Source of the DNA: the human T2T-CHM13v2.0 reference genome, Homo sapiens
Assembly: GCF_009914755.1 (NCBI RefSeq)
Contig: NC_060931.1
Length of the DNA stretch: 64,000 bases
Direction: 5' to 3' (one strand)
Of this stretch, positions 29,266 to 42,055 are shown one piece after another; position 1 is the first letter of the stretch; each line of letters starts with the position of its first letter. Under the pieces are notes generated by a model. That model was not told the DNA's origin. It ran no database searches and saw only the letters and a program-made list of their open reading frames with translations. Position numbers and translations under genes: made by a program.

Positions 29266-32200
29266 GGAACTGTCTACCTGATATGCAAAGCCCCATATGG
29301 AAGTGGGAGGGGAGTAAAATCATATCCCAATTTTCTTAGCTAGTGTTTCCTAATCCATCTTTCCCCATACCCAACATTGAAACATACATGATGCCAGCTG
29401 CTAGGTGATTTTCCTAAGTCCAGCTTCCGAATTACCCTTACAGCCAATGTAAGATAACAGCAACTAGCAATTGTGTAGACTTTTTATTTTTTGCTAAATT
29501 TTTTTTTCTCATTTTAAAATAAATTATAGACCACACTTAGATGTCTGCCGGGTGGTGGGGAGCGGGGGGAAAGCTGTTCTGTAGTTTGTTGTACAAGTGC
29601 AGGGCTCCTCAAAAGAATTAAAAAGTGAGTGGCAGCGCATACATTTTGGGGACTTAGTGAAAAGAAGTGCCCTTCATGGTGTTGTTGGAAATGTTCCTGT
29701 ATTCCCAAGTGTGCCTTGATTATGAAAGCAGTGCCAAAATTAACAGACATGTTTTTTAGCATCTATAAGCTGTATATGGTAAGTCACAGAGGAGACTTTC
29801 AAAGTGGCCCTATTGAAAGCATTGGAAGAGTGGCGTTTTAGAATAAAATACTGTTAACTACTCTGATTAAATTAGACATATAAATGAAGATGTTTTTCAA
29901 AAGTGCTTCAGATAATCAGATACATTTCTGAAAAAAACAGTCTCATTCTAGTAAAAGCACAAACTACTGACACTTGAAATAGCAAACAATATTGTGGTTT
30001 GATCTGAGAGGCATTTTTATCTAATACGTTCAAACACATGAAGAGAAACATCACTTATTGAAGGCCTGAGACACCATGCTCAGTCTGAGTTGTAATTTGA
30101 GCATGCATAGAGAACTGCTTGGATCCTAGACCCTATACGTTACTCATCTTATAAGCAGCCTGAAAATTGCCTTATCCCTGTCCTTAAGACAAGTATTGTC
30201 ATAGGACTCAAGTTCATTGACATTGATTCTGCAGAATATTTCTTTCTCTCTTGCTCTCTCTCTCTCTCTGTCTTGTTCTCTCTTTGATCTAGGTGTTACA
30301 GTTTCCAATAATTGGTTTCTAGCCCCTTCCCCAAGTGATCAACACTTCTCTTTCAGCCACCCTTATTTCTCTAACTTTTGTACCCTTAATGATTTCACAG
30401 TTATATCCTCATTATCTTCTCACCTACCATTATATAAACTGTATTCCTACCTTGTCCTTAAATTAACATGCACTTATGGGTTTTTTTTAGCCATGCATGT
30501 TTAATTCTTCTTATAACTGAATTAATATGTGGACCAGCCTTCTAGGAGCCTGCATTTTCTGTCCCTGAACCCCAGTTTATCCATGAGTCTATCCCCAATA
30601 TCTCCTACCAAACCTCATCAGCATGAGTCATTGCCCATTTGTATATCTCTAAGTTTCTTGGTCTACTCTGGCTGCTACAGACAGCCTCCTTAACATTTTG
30701 TTGACCAGTCTTCCAGAAGCTGGTCAAATCAACCTCTTCTTTCTTGTAGAATACTGTTAGCCTTTGGTACGGTCCTTTAGATTTACAGAATCAGTTGTCT
30801 GTCCTAAAATAATCTACTCCTGACTTTATTTCTCTTTAGAGCAGGACCTCTTATCCTCCCCTTTTCCACTCTGAGCCATGTATAGAGAACTGCTTGTATC
30901 CTTGACCCTGTGTGTTTCTCTTGCTTCCACCTGAGCTCTAATTAGGAAAACTTATTCTGAATAAATGACACTTGGAAGAACAAACTCTGACTTACAAAGT
31001 AGCATTATACAGTTTTAAGTATTTTTAGCTACCAGCTGTGCAAGCAATAAGTAAGAGACTTTGAAGTGCTAAAAATATTTGGGAAGTGTCAAGTGGGAGT
31101 TGGCAAATACCCTGGGGTGAGAAAAGCCCTAGATATGATACATCTGGCACACATTTTTAGAATGTTCTATTTTTAGTCTGTGTTTTGATTTCTGAAGAGA
31201 TCCAGGGGTGTTTCCCTTAAAAAGAAGCAAAAGTGACAGAAATGCCTTTAGAGAACAAGGTAATTTCTGAAGTATTCTTTCTCTCTTCCCTCTGCCCTTC
31301 AAATTAAAATTGGCATGATGCCTGGCATTATTCTTAAATCATAAATCACTCTGAAATCTTTAGAAGAAAAGTGTTCTGTAATGTGCAATTATGAATAAGA
31401 AAACACTGCTTGTAACAGTTAAGTATCTTGCTTTTTGGTTACAGCTCTGAGGTTATCACTGCCATTATTTTTTTCCTAGTTATTATTATTGACTAATCAT
31501 TACAAAATCTTCTAGCTAATTCTTTTTAGTTGGCTCATATATGACACTTATTTTGGACAGTATATTCAATTGAGCCCTTGTCATTGTGGCTCAATAAATA
31601 AAGAATATAACCAAAGGAAAAATAAAATTTAGTGATGCAAGTTTGTCTTTTGGTTCAAGTTCTAATATTACCAATCCTCAGAATATTTCCTGATTTCTAG
31701 TCTCAGGAAATACAGTAACTTGAATACAGTATGGAGCTCCTAGATAAGCTCTCTTTATCATATACAGATCTCTTGCTGGAAGATCTCCTGTGGCCATCAA
31801 TAGAAATTTAACTCCCAAGCCTCCTAATTAGTATTAAAAACGGGGAGAGAGACTGGGGATGGGTGTGAGTGTGCTCATGTATTGAATTGGGGTAAGAGGC
31901 AACAGAGAGTCCAGTCAAAAAATCTTAGTGAATCTTACTTTTCTACTATATCCCTAAGGTTCTGAAAAAAAAAAAATTAGCTCATGGGTTAAGAAATGCC
32001 TGAAACTTACACACTTACCAGTACAATTTGTTAATTAATAGAGTTTTGAGTTAAAAGGTAAGTATTGATTATCAGCAAGTCTTTATACAGTTATCACCTC
32101 TGATTTCCAATAATGCCATGGATTATTAAACCTTTTATTTCTTGTCAGCCCCATGTCACGTCTTGTACAGTTTGTATAAAGACACTTGATATCCCAGACT

Positions 32201-34229
32201 TCCTCAAGGAATCTGTCACTTTCTCTGTATGTTCTTAAAATTTTCAGTCTCCTCTAGTGATAGTATTGGTTTGCTGTAAACATTTCCTGATTCTGTCTGA
32301 CAAGAGACTGTTAGTCTTTGAACAACAACAACAAAAATCTCTGAAAAATAATCTGAGAAATCCTATTGCAATACTATCATTAGTGTAATGGTGATTTAAA
32401 AATACGTTTAAGGTATTACAATTTTGTGATGTCTTTTCACAGAGATTTAGTTTATAAAAAATCCAACTCATTTGTAAATATCATAAACTATTTGTTAATA
32501 TATTTATGTCTTTACAACCATTTCAAGTTTTTAACGACTAAGCATTTTTTCTCGAACTTTCAAAAAAAATGTATCTTAAAAATTTAGATTGTTTTTAAAG
32601 AAAGGTGGTTCCAAAATGTATGTTTTGGTTCTATTCAGTGTAATTGTGGAGTGTCCACATAGTCTTAAATTTATATATTAAATTATTTTTTAGATAATTT
32701 GTTGAGATCATTAAACAAATGTTTAGTTTTCAGAATGCACTAGGAGGTGAATTATAGGTATGGGCACCTATAATATTACCTATATGCTTTTTAGTTTCTA
32801 TTTTGATATTGTGTTACAAATGTCTCAGGTTTTAAATCTCCTTTAAAAACTCAGCAGAAAGAGAAATTTATTTGATTATGTGTTGGGATATAGTTGCAAA
32901 AATTAAAGATAATAGCAATGTTGAAATTTGGCCAGTGATCTGCATTAACTGAGGAGAAATGAAAAGTGTTTCTGTGGCATCACAAACAGCCAGCTAAACC
33001 TCCAACAATTTAAAAGGCAACCTACTTCATCATCTTTAAAGCAGAGGGAAGGTTGGCAAGAAATATGCATCAGCAATATTTTCTAGTTGAACAAATATCT
33101 GAATATAATTCTAGGCTTATGTTTCCAAAAAATGTCCCAGACCATATTTAAAAACTGCTTCAAATTATGTCTCTTAAATTATGTTTATGATTCATATATT
33201 GAACTTTCATTACCATTAAAGAGACTTATTGGATGTGTATGCATGAGTGAATTAAGACATCGTGTTTTGTGGTAGTTGATAAGAAAGAGAAGGAGAGTTA
33301 ATGGCCTAGAATGCTGACGTTTCATGGGTTCTTCAAGACAGCGTTCACCAGGGAAAGGAAAACTTTTGATGGCATTCATCAAATTTGTCAGAGAAATTAA
33401 GAATTATAAAATCTTCCTCTTACCAACATGCAGAATCATGCAGGCGTTCCTTTATTTTATAGATACACCTATGATAATACTGCAAGTACTAAAATAATAA
33501 AGAGAGCTATCAAATGATTTTTTCCCCTGCAAGGAAATGTCCTTCCTGTAATCAGTAGCTATTATAGCCCAGCCATCGTTAGCCATTATATTAGCCTTCT
33601 CTTTTTGGTCAGTAGCTTAAGAATTGAACCATAACATTTATAATTCAGTAGTTTCTGCACACCTGTCTACTTTGTCACTGGCTCAGGGGATTTTGATGTG
33701 CATGTTTTGCCTCAGTGAGTCAGTTTCATTGACGTTCTTGCAAAAGTTGCATACACAGTATAAACTTTCCTGAGAAAGATACTTCTTTGCCATAAGGCTT
33801 AAAACTATTCATAAAATAATTCTAATTTTAATCTAAGTGATCTAAATTTAAGAACAAATACCAAAGAATCAAATCCATAGTTAATTCATGCATGATAGAT
33901 AAGTAAATAATTGGTATTTATATTTGAAGCAAGCTCAGTGTTTCAATGCAAAGGTTTTATGCATCTGTCTGTAAAATTGGGATTGCTGTTATTGTTCTCT
34001 GAATTCATGAAGGTCAGTTTAACTAAAATGCAAAAGTTGCTTATAGCATTATTTACATAAGGATACAGGTGGAATGCAAAGGAAGGCTGCATCTGCCATC
34101 ATGGAAATAAGTTTTATGAATCTTTAAATACTACATTAGTTGTCTATGTATATTTATTTTCCTCATTAAGAAAAACTGATAAGGGATAATGGACATATCT
34201 CCTTAGTGTAATCTGGCATAAACATCTTA

Positions 34230-34408
34230 ACGGCTCTGACTTCAGTTTTATATTTACTTGTGTTATCATCTGATTATCTGTCTTCTCCCTTTGATTGTAT
34301 GCTCCATAAAATGAGTCCAGTCAGATCTTGCTTATCATTGTATTCTCTGAATCTATCACCTTGCCTGGAATCTAGTAAATGATCAATAAATGTCTGTTGA
34401 ATTAACGA
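34230..34408 (+). mobile_element. L2 3' end
   Basis: gattgtatgctccat...ttgcctggaatctagtaaatgatcaataaatgtctgttgaatt. Confidence 0.7.
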
Positions 34409-34882
34409 GCAAATTATAAGAAAAGTGATTCAATGTTTTTTTTAAAAAACTTCAAAACACTTGTTCACACTTGATCAATTGAAACTTGTTAATAAAAATA
34501 CAAAATTAGACTGTGTAATTTAATGCTAGTACTATTGGTGTTTCCCAGAAGCAAAAGTGTATATAGGAGAGGAAAAATGTGTTTTCTGTCTGCCCTTCTA
34601 AGTTCTTGGCAGAGGCCTCTGTAAAAAAAAAAAGACATATTAACAAGAGAAAAGCATATAAATGCATCTAATGTAGGTTAATATGACACAGGAGTCTTCA
34701 TAAGGAAATGAAGAAATGATTAAACTTGAGTGCTTTTATGCTAGGCTTGATGAAGAGTGGAAAGTCACAGACAAAATGGGTATGAGCTAAGAGTATTAAG
34801 CTGAGGGAAACTTGGCAAGGTCTGTGCATTCAGATCCCTCTCAGCATCCCTCTGCCATTGTACATAAGAATACTCATTTCCT

Positions 34883-37800
34883 AGTTCATAGCATTAAATG
34901 ACTACATCAAAAAGTCTGAAAGAGTACAGCTTAGACAACCTAATGTCACACCTTAAGGAACCAGAGAAACAGAACAAACTAAATCCAAACCCAGCATAAG
35001 AAAAGAAATCACAAAGATCAGAGCAAAAATAAATGAAATTGAAACAAAAAAAATACAAAAGATAAATGAAACAAAAAGCTGATTCTTTGAAAAGATAAAC
35101 AAAATTCATTGACCATTAGTGAGATTAACCAAGAAAAGAAGACAGATGATCCAAATGAGCTCAATTAAAAATGAAACTGGAGATTTTAAAACCAACACCA
35201 TAGAAATTCCAAAGATCATTCAAGGCTACTGTGAACACCTTTATGCACACAAACTAAAAAATCTAGAGGAGATGGGTAAATTCCTGAAAATATACAGGCT
35301 CCTAGATTAAATCAGGAAGAACTAGAGACACTAAGCAGACCAATAACAAGCAGCGAGATTGAATCAGTAATAATAATAAAAAATGCCCACAAAAAGTCCA
35401 GAACTAGATGGATTCACAGATGAATTCTATCAGACATTCAAGAAGAATTCTTTGAATTCTTCTTTTCAAATTCTCAAAGAAGAATTGGTAACATTCCTAC
35501 TGAAATGATTCCAAAAGATAAACGATTCCAAAAGATAAAGAGGGAATCCTCCCTAAATTTTTATATGAATCTAGTATCACCCTAATACCAAAACCATGAA
35601 AGCACATAACAACAACAAAAATTACAGACCAATATCCCTGATGGACATAGATGCAAAAATTCCCAACAAAATATTAGCTAACCAAATCCAACAGAATATC
35701 AAAAATATAATACACCATGATCAAGTGGGTTTTATACCAGGGATGCAGGGATGGCTTAATATATACATGACAATAAATGTGATATGTCACATAAAGAGAA
35801 TTAAAAACAAAAACCACATGATTATCTCAATAGATGCAGAAAAAGCATTTGATAAAATTTAATATCCCTTTATAATAAAAAACCTCAACCAAATAGACAT
35901 AGTAGAAACTTATCTCAAAGTAATAAAAGACATATATGACAAACCAACATCATATTGAATCAGGAAAAGTTGAAAGCATTTCCCCTGAGAACTGGAACAA
36001 GACAAGGATGCACACTTTAACCACTTCTATTGAACCTAGTACTGGAAGTCATAGGCAGCGCAATCAAACAAGAGAAAGAAACAAAGGGCATCCAAATTTG
36101 AAAAGAGGAAATGAAACTGTCGCTAATCACCAATGATATGATTGTATACCTAGAAAACTCTAAAGTTTCGTTCAAAAAGCTCCTATATCTGATAAATTCA
36201 GTAAAGTCTCAAGATACAAAATCAACGTACGTGAATCAGTAGCACTGCTTTACACCAACAGTGACCAAGCTGAGTATCAAATCATGAACTCAATCCATTT
36301 TGCAACAGCTGCAAAAAACAAACAAGGAGTTGAAAGATCTTTACGATGAAAACTACAAACCACTGCTGAAAGAAATCATAGATGACACAAACAAACAAAA
36401 ACACATCCCATTCTCATGGATGAGTAGAATCAATATTGTGAAAATGACCATACTGCCAAAATCAACCTACAAATAAAATGCAATTCCCATCAAAATACCA
36501 TCATCATTCTTCACAGAACTGGAAAAACAATCGTAAAATTTGTATTAAACCAAAAAAAAAAAAAAAGCCCACATAGCCAAAGCAATACTAAGGAGAAAGA
36601 ACAAATTTGGAGGCATCACATTACCCAACTTCAAACTATACTACATGGCTATAGTTACCAAAACGACATGGTACTGGTATAAAAATAGACATGTAGACCA
36701 ATAGGACAGAATAGAGAACCCAAAAATAAAGCCAAATAGAGCCAACTGATCTTCAACAAAGCATACAAAAACATAAATTGGGGAAAGGATAATCTATTCA
36801 ATAAATGGGGCTGGAAAACTGACAAGCCACATGTAGATAAATATAAATGGTTCCTCATCTCTCACTTTTTACAAAAATCAGCTCAATATGGATCAAAGAC
36901 CTGAAGTCAAAAATTCTAGAAGATAATTTCAGAGAAACTCTTCTACACATGGACTTAGGCAAAGGATTCATTCCTAAGACTCCAAAAGCAAATGCAACAA
37001 AAACAAAAATGAATAAATGGTACTTAATAAAATGAAAAACTTTCTGCACAGCAAAAGAAATAATCAGCAGGGTAAACAGACAACCCACAGAATGGGAGAA
37101 AACATTCACAAACTGTGAGTCCAACAAAGGAATAATATCCAGAATCTACAAGGAACTCAAATCGGCAAGAAAAAAATAATCCCATCAAACAGAAGGCAAA
37201 TGATATGAATAGACAATTCTCAAGAAAGGATAAACAACCAACAAACATAAGAAAAAACATGCTAAACATTACCAATTATTAGGGAGGTGCAAATTAAAAC
37301 CACAATGAGATACCACCTTACTCCTGCAAAAGTGGTAACAATTAAAAAGTAAAAAACCGATAGATGTTGGTGTCGATGTGTTGAAAAGTGAACACCTTTA
37401 CATTCCTGGTGGGAATGTAAACTATGAAAAACACTGTGACAATTCCTTAAAGACTAAACGTAGAACTACCATTCAATCCAGCGATCCCACTACTGGGTAT
37501 CTACCCAGAGGAAAATATATTGTTATACAAAAAGACACATGCACATGCATGTTTATAGCAGCACAATTCATAATTGCAAAGACATGGAACCAAGCTAAGT
37601 ACCCATCAAACAGAGTGGGTAAAGAAAAGGTTATATATATAGATATATGTGTGTGTGTGTATATATATATACACACACACATACACACATACACATACCA
37701 TGGAATACTATTCAGCCATAAAAAGGAACAAAAGAATGTCTTTTGCAGCAACTTGGATGGATTGGAGGCCATTATTCTAGGTGGAGTAATTCAGAAATGG

Positions 37801-38006
37801 AAAACCAAATATCATATGTTCTCACTTATAAGTGAGAGCTAAGCTATGAGGATGTGAAGGCATAAGAATGATACAATGTATATAGCTCAGGTGACAGGTG
37901 CACCAGAATCTCAGAAATCACCACTAAAGAACTTACTCATGTAACCAAAAACTACCTCTACTCAAAAAACTATTGAAGTAAAAGTAATTAAAAAAAAAAA
38001 AAAAAA
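34883..38006 (+). mobile_element. L1PB-like, 5'-truncated (about 3.1 kb) with poly-A
   Basis: ORF 35596-35862 = RT domain ([14 protein letters not shown]...[14 protein letters not shown]); L1PB 3' end ctcagaaatcaccactaaagaactt; TSD aagaatactcatttcct / aagaatacaccttttct. Confidence 0.92.
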
Positions 38007-38021
38007 GAATACACCTTTTCT

Positions 38022-38170
38022 GGCCAGCCATAGTGGCTCACAGCTGCAATCTTAGCACTTTGGGAGGCTGAGGTGAGAGGATCACTTGAGGGTAGGAATT
38101 TGAGACCAGCATGGGCAACATGGTGAGACCTCACTCTATTTATTTTTTATTAATTTTTTTTTAATAAAAA
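38022..38170 (+). mobile_element. Alu monomer (FLAM_C / AluJ left arm)
   Basis: ggccagccatagtggctcac...gggcaacatggtgagacc, then AT-rich tail; no right arm. Confidence 0.85.
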
Positions 38171-38473
38171 GAATGCTCCTTACTTTCAAGTGTAGGGTGG
38201 GCACCTTCCACATTAGGGTCAGAAAGTCTTTCCTGCACATGCTGTTTCTCAAATTCCTTCAGCTAAAAATACTCAATGTCCAAGATGCCATATTTTGAGT
38301 AGTCTCTCTAAAATCCTATCAAGGAGAAAATTAAATATATGTATTTATTCTAATTCCTCATTTGCTTAGTAGGTGCCATAAGTTTTCAGGAAAATTACTA
38401 AAAAAATTTTTTTATCCTATTTGGAAGTCTGTTCAACTACTAATGACAGTTACAGGACTGAACCTCCTTAGAA

Positions 38474-38732
38474 TCTCTTCTTTTCTCTGCTTCTTTTCTT
38501 GTTTCCTTTTCTTTCTTTTTTCTTTTCTCTTCCTTTCCTTCTTTTCTCTTTCCTTCTCTTCATTCTTTCATCTTTCTGTTTTCCGATTTTTCTTTTTCTC
38601 TCTTTCTCCCTCCCTTCCTCCATTTCTTTTTTTCTTCCTCCTGCCCACCCTCCCTCTTCCCTCTCTTTCTTCCTTCCTTTCCTTTCCCCTTCTCTCTCCT
38701 TCCTTCCTTCATCTTTCTTCCTTTTTTTTTTT
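38474..38732. repeat. CT-rich polypyrimidine low-complexity tract
   Basis: About 260 bp almost entirely C/T; source of the F/L/S- and K/R/E-rich pseudo-ORFs. Confidence 0.9.
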
Positions 38733-38909
38733 AAAAAAAATAACATATGCCTGTGGTCCTAGAATACTATTGCTGAAATGTCCTTGGAAAGCACTTTAAG
38801 AATAAAAAAGTTAAAAGCAATGATGTTCCCAGCATTACACTATCATTTTAATGTCAGAATAAAAACTTGGAAATAGCTAGTGATTCCTAATTTAAAGATA
38901 TCTTTATTA

Positions 38910-39537
38910 TGTAGGGAAGTTTATGTAGAGGAACTTTCCCTCTGAGGTTTCAATAACAGAGTCACCCTGCCAAATTAAACTGACAATAGACAGATGATCA
39001 AAGCAAAAGGCATAGCAATTTATTAAGATGCATATAAACATGGGAGTCCTGCAAATCTAAGACTTGAAGGGCCAGATAGCTGAAGCTTAAATAACCTCTT
39101 CATAGCGAAGAGGGAAATGGGGGATGTAGGCAATTGAGAGGGGTAGTAAATGACCTTTAGGAGAAATCAATGGGCCCAGGAGACAGAAATTAGCTTGTAA
39201 ATGATTCTCTTTGGAATATGAGTGACACTGAAAGAGACAATGTCTTGTGACAAAGTGTGTCTAGGTGTTGGTTACATTCTTCAATCTTCCTTCTTGTGTT
39301 AGATAATGAAATTTCAGGGAGGGAATAGAAGGAAATTGCGTTCCTTCAGGAAGAGCTTCAGATAAGGGAACTTCATAAATACAGTTCTACCTTATGCTTG
39401 GTGGGAAGAAACAGGAGAAGGTCAAAAAGTCCTTGGTGCTGAGGCTGTTTCTAAGGTCTTTTAATTTCCTTGAGTTCAAAAGTGCTCAGCATGCCGAAGC
39501 ACCATACTGTGGAGCGTTGCTCTCTTGAGCTTCAACA
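38910..39537 (-). mobile_element. Complete ERV1 solo LTR (MER34/MER39/LTR29 group)
   Basis: TG...CA termini, 4-bp TSD atta/atta; end agttcaaaagtgctcagcatgccgaagcaccatact...gagcttcaaca. Confidence 0.82.
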
Positions 39538-40500
39538 ATTACATTTAAGCTAGACTGAAAAATATAGCCACAAAGTATTAATAAATAAAATAGATGTAAT
39601 GAGAACAATGTATTTAAAGACATAGATATAAAGATATATTGGATAATTCTAGCAAAATAGCAGATTAGGCTGTTGGAAATAGGCCTGCTTTCTGCCCCAA
39701 ACACATAAATGCTTTGAAAAAACTATGAGAATAGCAAAAAAAAAAAAAAAAAAGTATTATTGCTCTCCACATAACTGAATTTGACAGAAAGAAAGATTTC
39801 CCAGGGGTGAAAAACAAATAATGAAAAAGAAAATGACAGGGGAAGGCCAAATCTCTGATAGTCCGCTGGCATTCTGGCATTAGATACCGGCAACAGGACT
39901 GTAGGCTGCAGTCCCTAATGCCCATTTATAGATAAAGAAATACTTCATCTCAAACAATGGACTAGAATTTAGGCCTCTACATCAAATAAAGAGCCTAAGC
40001 TTATTCTTTGCTCTGAATAGGAAAAATCTATCCATCGACCTGCAAAATATTAGGGAAGCTATTTAATCGAGGGATTTGAGTCAGTGTGAGGGAGAATCAC
40101 TGACAAGCATCAAAACCCCAGCTTCCCTATAAATGAATGAAAGTTTTGAAGTTATGTTAACCATAGAACACAGTAATCTACAGGATGAGAAATGATATAA
40201 AAATAGAGTCGGGGTAACTGATGCTATTTGAGCTCTAGGCAAAAGCAAGTTTCATAAATAAATAATCTAATTTCTTGTAAGATATCCAAAAGAAAAAAAA
40301 TGAATTAGAAGCAAAAGTCAATGACATAGTGGCAAACAATGTTTTCAGAAAAGAAAAATCAATATGTGTGCACCTTTCATATTGAAGGGTCACAGTGAGT
40401 CCCAAATAGGATAGTCCAAAGCCCTACCCAAGTTTAACTGCAGCATGTTAAAACAAAGAAAAAACTTTACATCTTTGAGAGAGAGAGATTGAGAGAGGTA

Positions 40501-41261
40501 TGTAGACAAAAAGAATTGAACTGTGTAAAATATTGGAAGAGATTTATTCTGAGCCAAATATGGGTGACCGTGGGCTGTGACAGCCCTCAGGAGGTCCTGG
40601 GAACATGTGCCCAAGGTGGTAGGGGCGCAGATTGGTTTTATACATTTTAGAGAGCATGAGACATCAGTCAAATACACTTAAGAAATATATTGGTTTGGTC
40701 CAGAAAGGTGGGCCAACTCAAAGCAGGGTTGGAAGTGGGGAGGGGGAGGTTTCCAGGCTATAGGTGAATTTAAACATTTTCTGGTTGACAATTGGTTGAG
40801 TTTGTCTAAAGATCTAGGATTGATAGAAAGGGAATGTTCAGGTTAAGATAAAAGATTGTGCAGACCAAAGTTCTTTTGAAGTCTTATAATGGCTGCCCTT
40901 AGAGAAAATAGATGACAAGTGTTTCCTATTCAGATCTTAGTTAATCTCTTTAGGATTGGGAGGGTCTGGAAGAAAAAGATCTAGCTATGTTAATAGAGCT
41001 TCTTTTATAGATGCATGTTCTTCCCCACAAAGAACAACTTTGCGGGGCTATTTCAAAATACGGCAAATAAACATGTTTTGGGGTAAAATATTTTTATTTT
41101 CTTCCTTGTCTGGTAATGTTATACCAGAGTCAGGTTGGAAAATCATGATATATAGGGTTAAATAAAAGCCATCTGATGAGAATGTATGATTTGTAGGGCA
41201 TGACTCCCCAGTCTCTTTAGATAGGAATTTGGGCAAGATTAAAAAATCAGTTTAGTCCTCA
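40501..41261 (-). mobile_element. Complete ERV1 solo LTR, MER4 family (MER4E/D-like)
   Basis: TG...CA termini, 4-bp TSD ggta/ggta; gagatttattctgagccaaatatg, acatgtgcccaaggtggt, and aggaatttgggcaagat...ttagtcctca. Confidence 0.9.
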
Positions 41262-41738
41262 GGTATATACTGGCTTTCTAAAAAATGAATGATGGTTAGA
41301 GCAAAAGTGGAAGTCTCATCAGCAAAACAGGAGGAAAAGTAGAAAGTACTGAGATAAAATAACCAACTCAGAACAATACCCAGCAAATTAACAAGAATAA
41401 AACTGAAGTGAATATATAGCAAGCCCAAGAAAGGAAAAAACAAGACTTAAGAATCTATCATTCAAAAGTCCTCACTGACAGAAAAACCACCGGAATTATT
41501 TCAGAAAGAAGTTAATTAAACCTTAAGGAACAAGTTTGTTTCTAGAAAAAAATAGACAAAAATTTTGATTAACCTAAGGAATTCTTGTCACTAAGTTCAA
41601 TATTACTGTTAAATATACTGACTAGTTTTGAGTGTCTAAAACAAGAGGAATTAAATAGTAGACAATAGTAAAGTAGAAAGATAGAATGAGGAAGATTGAA
41701 AATAAAAGTGTTCTATTTTCTGTTGTCTAAGAAATGTA

Positions 41739-42055
41739 CAGTTGTTCCTTGGTATCCATTGGGGATTGTTTTCAGGAACCCCCCTGGGATACCAAAATTT
41801 ATAGATGTTCAAATTCTGTATATCAAATGCACTGTATTTGCATATGACCTGTGTGCATCCTCCTTTACATTTTAAATCAACTCTAGATTACATATAATAC
41901 CCAATCAAATATAAATATTATATAAATAGTTATTGTGCTCTATGGCTTTTTACACTGTATTTTTGTTGTTGTAATGTTAATATTTATTTTTAATATTTTT
42001 AATCTGTGTTTGGTTGAATCCACAGACAGAATCCACAAATATGGAGGGCCAACTG
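41739..42055 (+). mobile_element. MER2 (TcMar-Tigger non-autonomous DNA transposon)
   Basis: TIRs cagttgttcct / agggccaactg, TA target duplications, gtatttgcatat...ctctagattac core. Confidence 0.88.

Larger units (their letters stand above)
34562..38321 (-). mobile_element. ERV1 solo LTR (MER31-like), split into 34562-34882 and 38169-38321 by an L1PB and an Alu monomer
   Basis: aaagacatattaacaagagaaaagcat...gacacaggagtcttcataaggaaatgaag, and terminal aatactcaatgtccaagatgccatattttg...cctatca. Confidence 0.75.

Noticed and set aside
38362-38799. Hydrophobic and charged ORFs of 87-145 aa
   Set aside because: Artefacts of the CT-rich low-complexity tract
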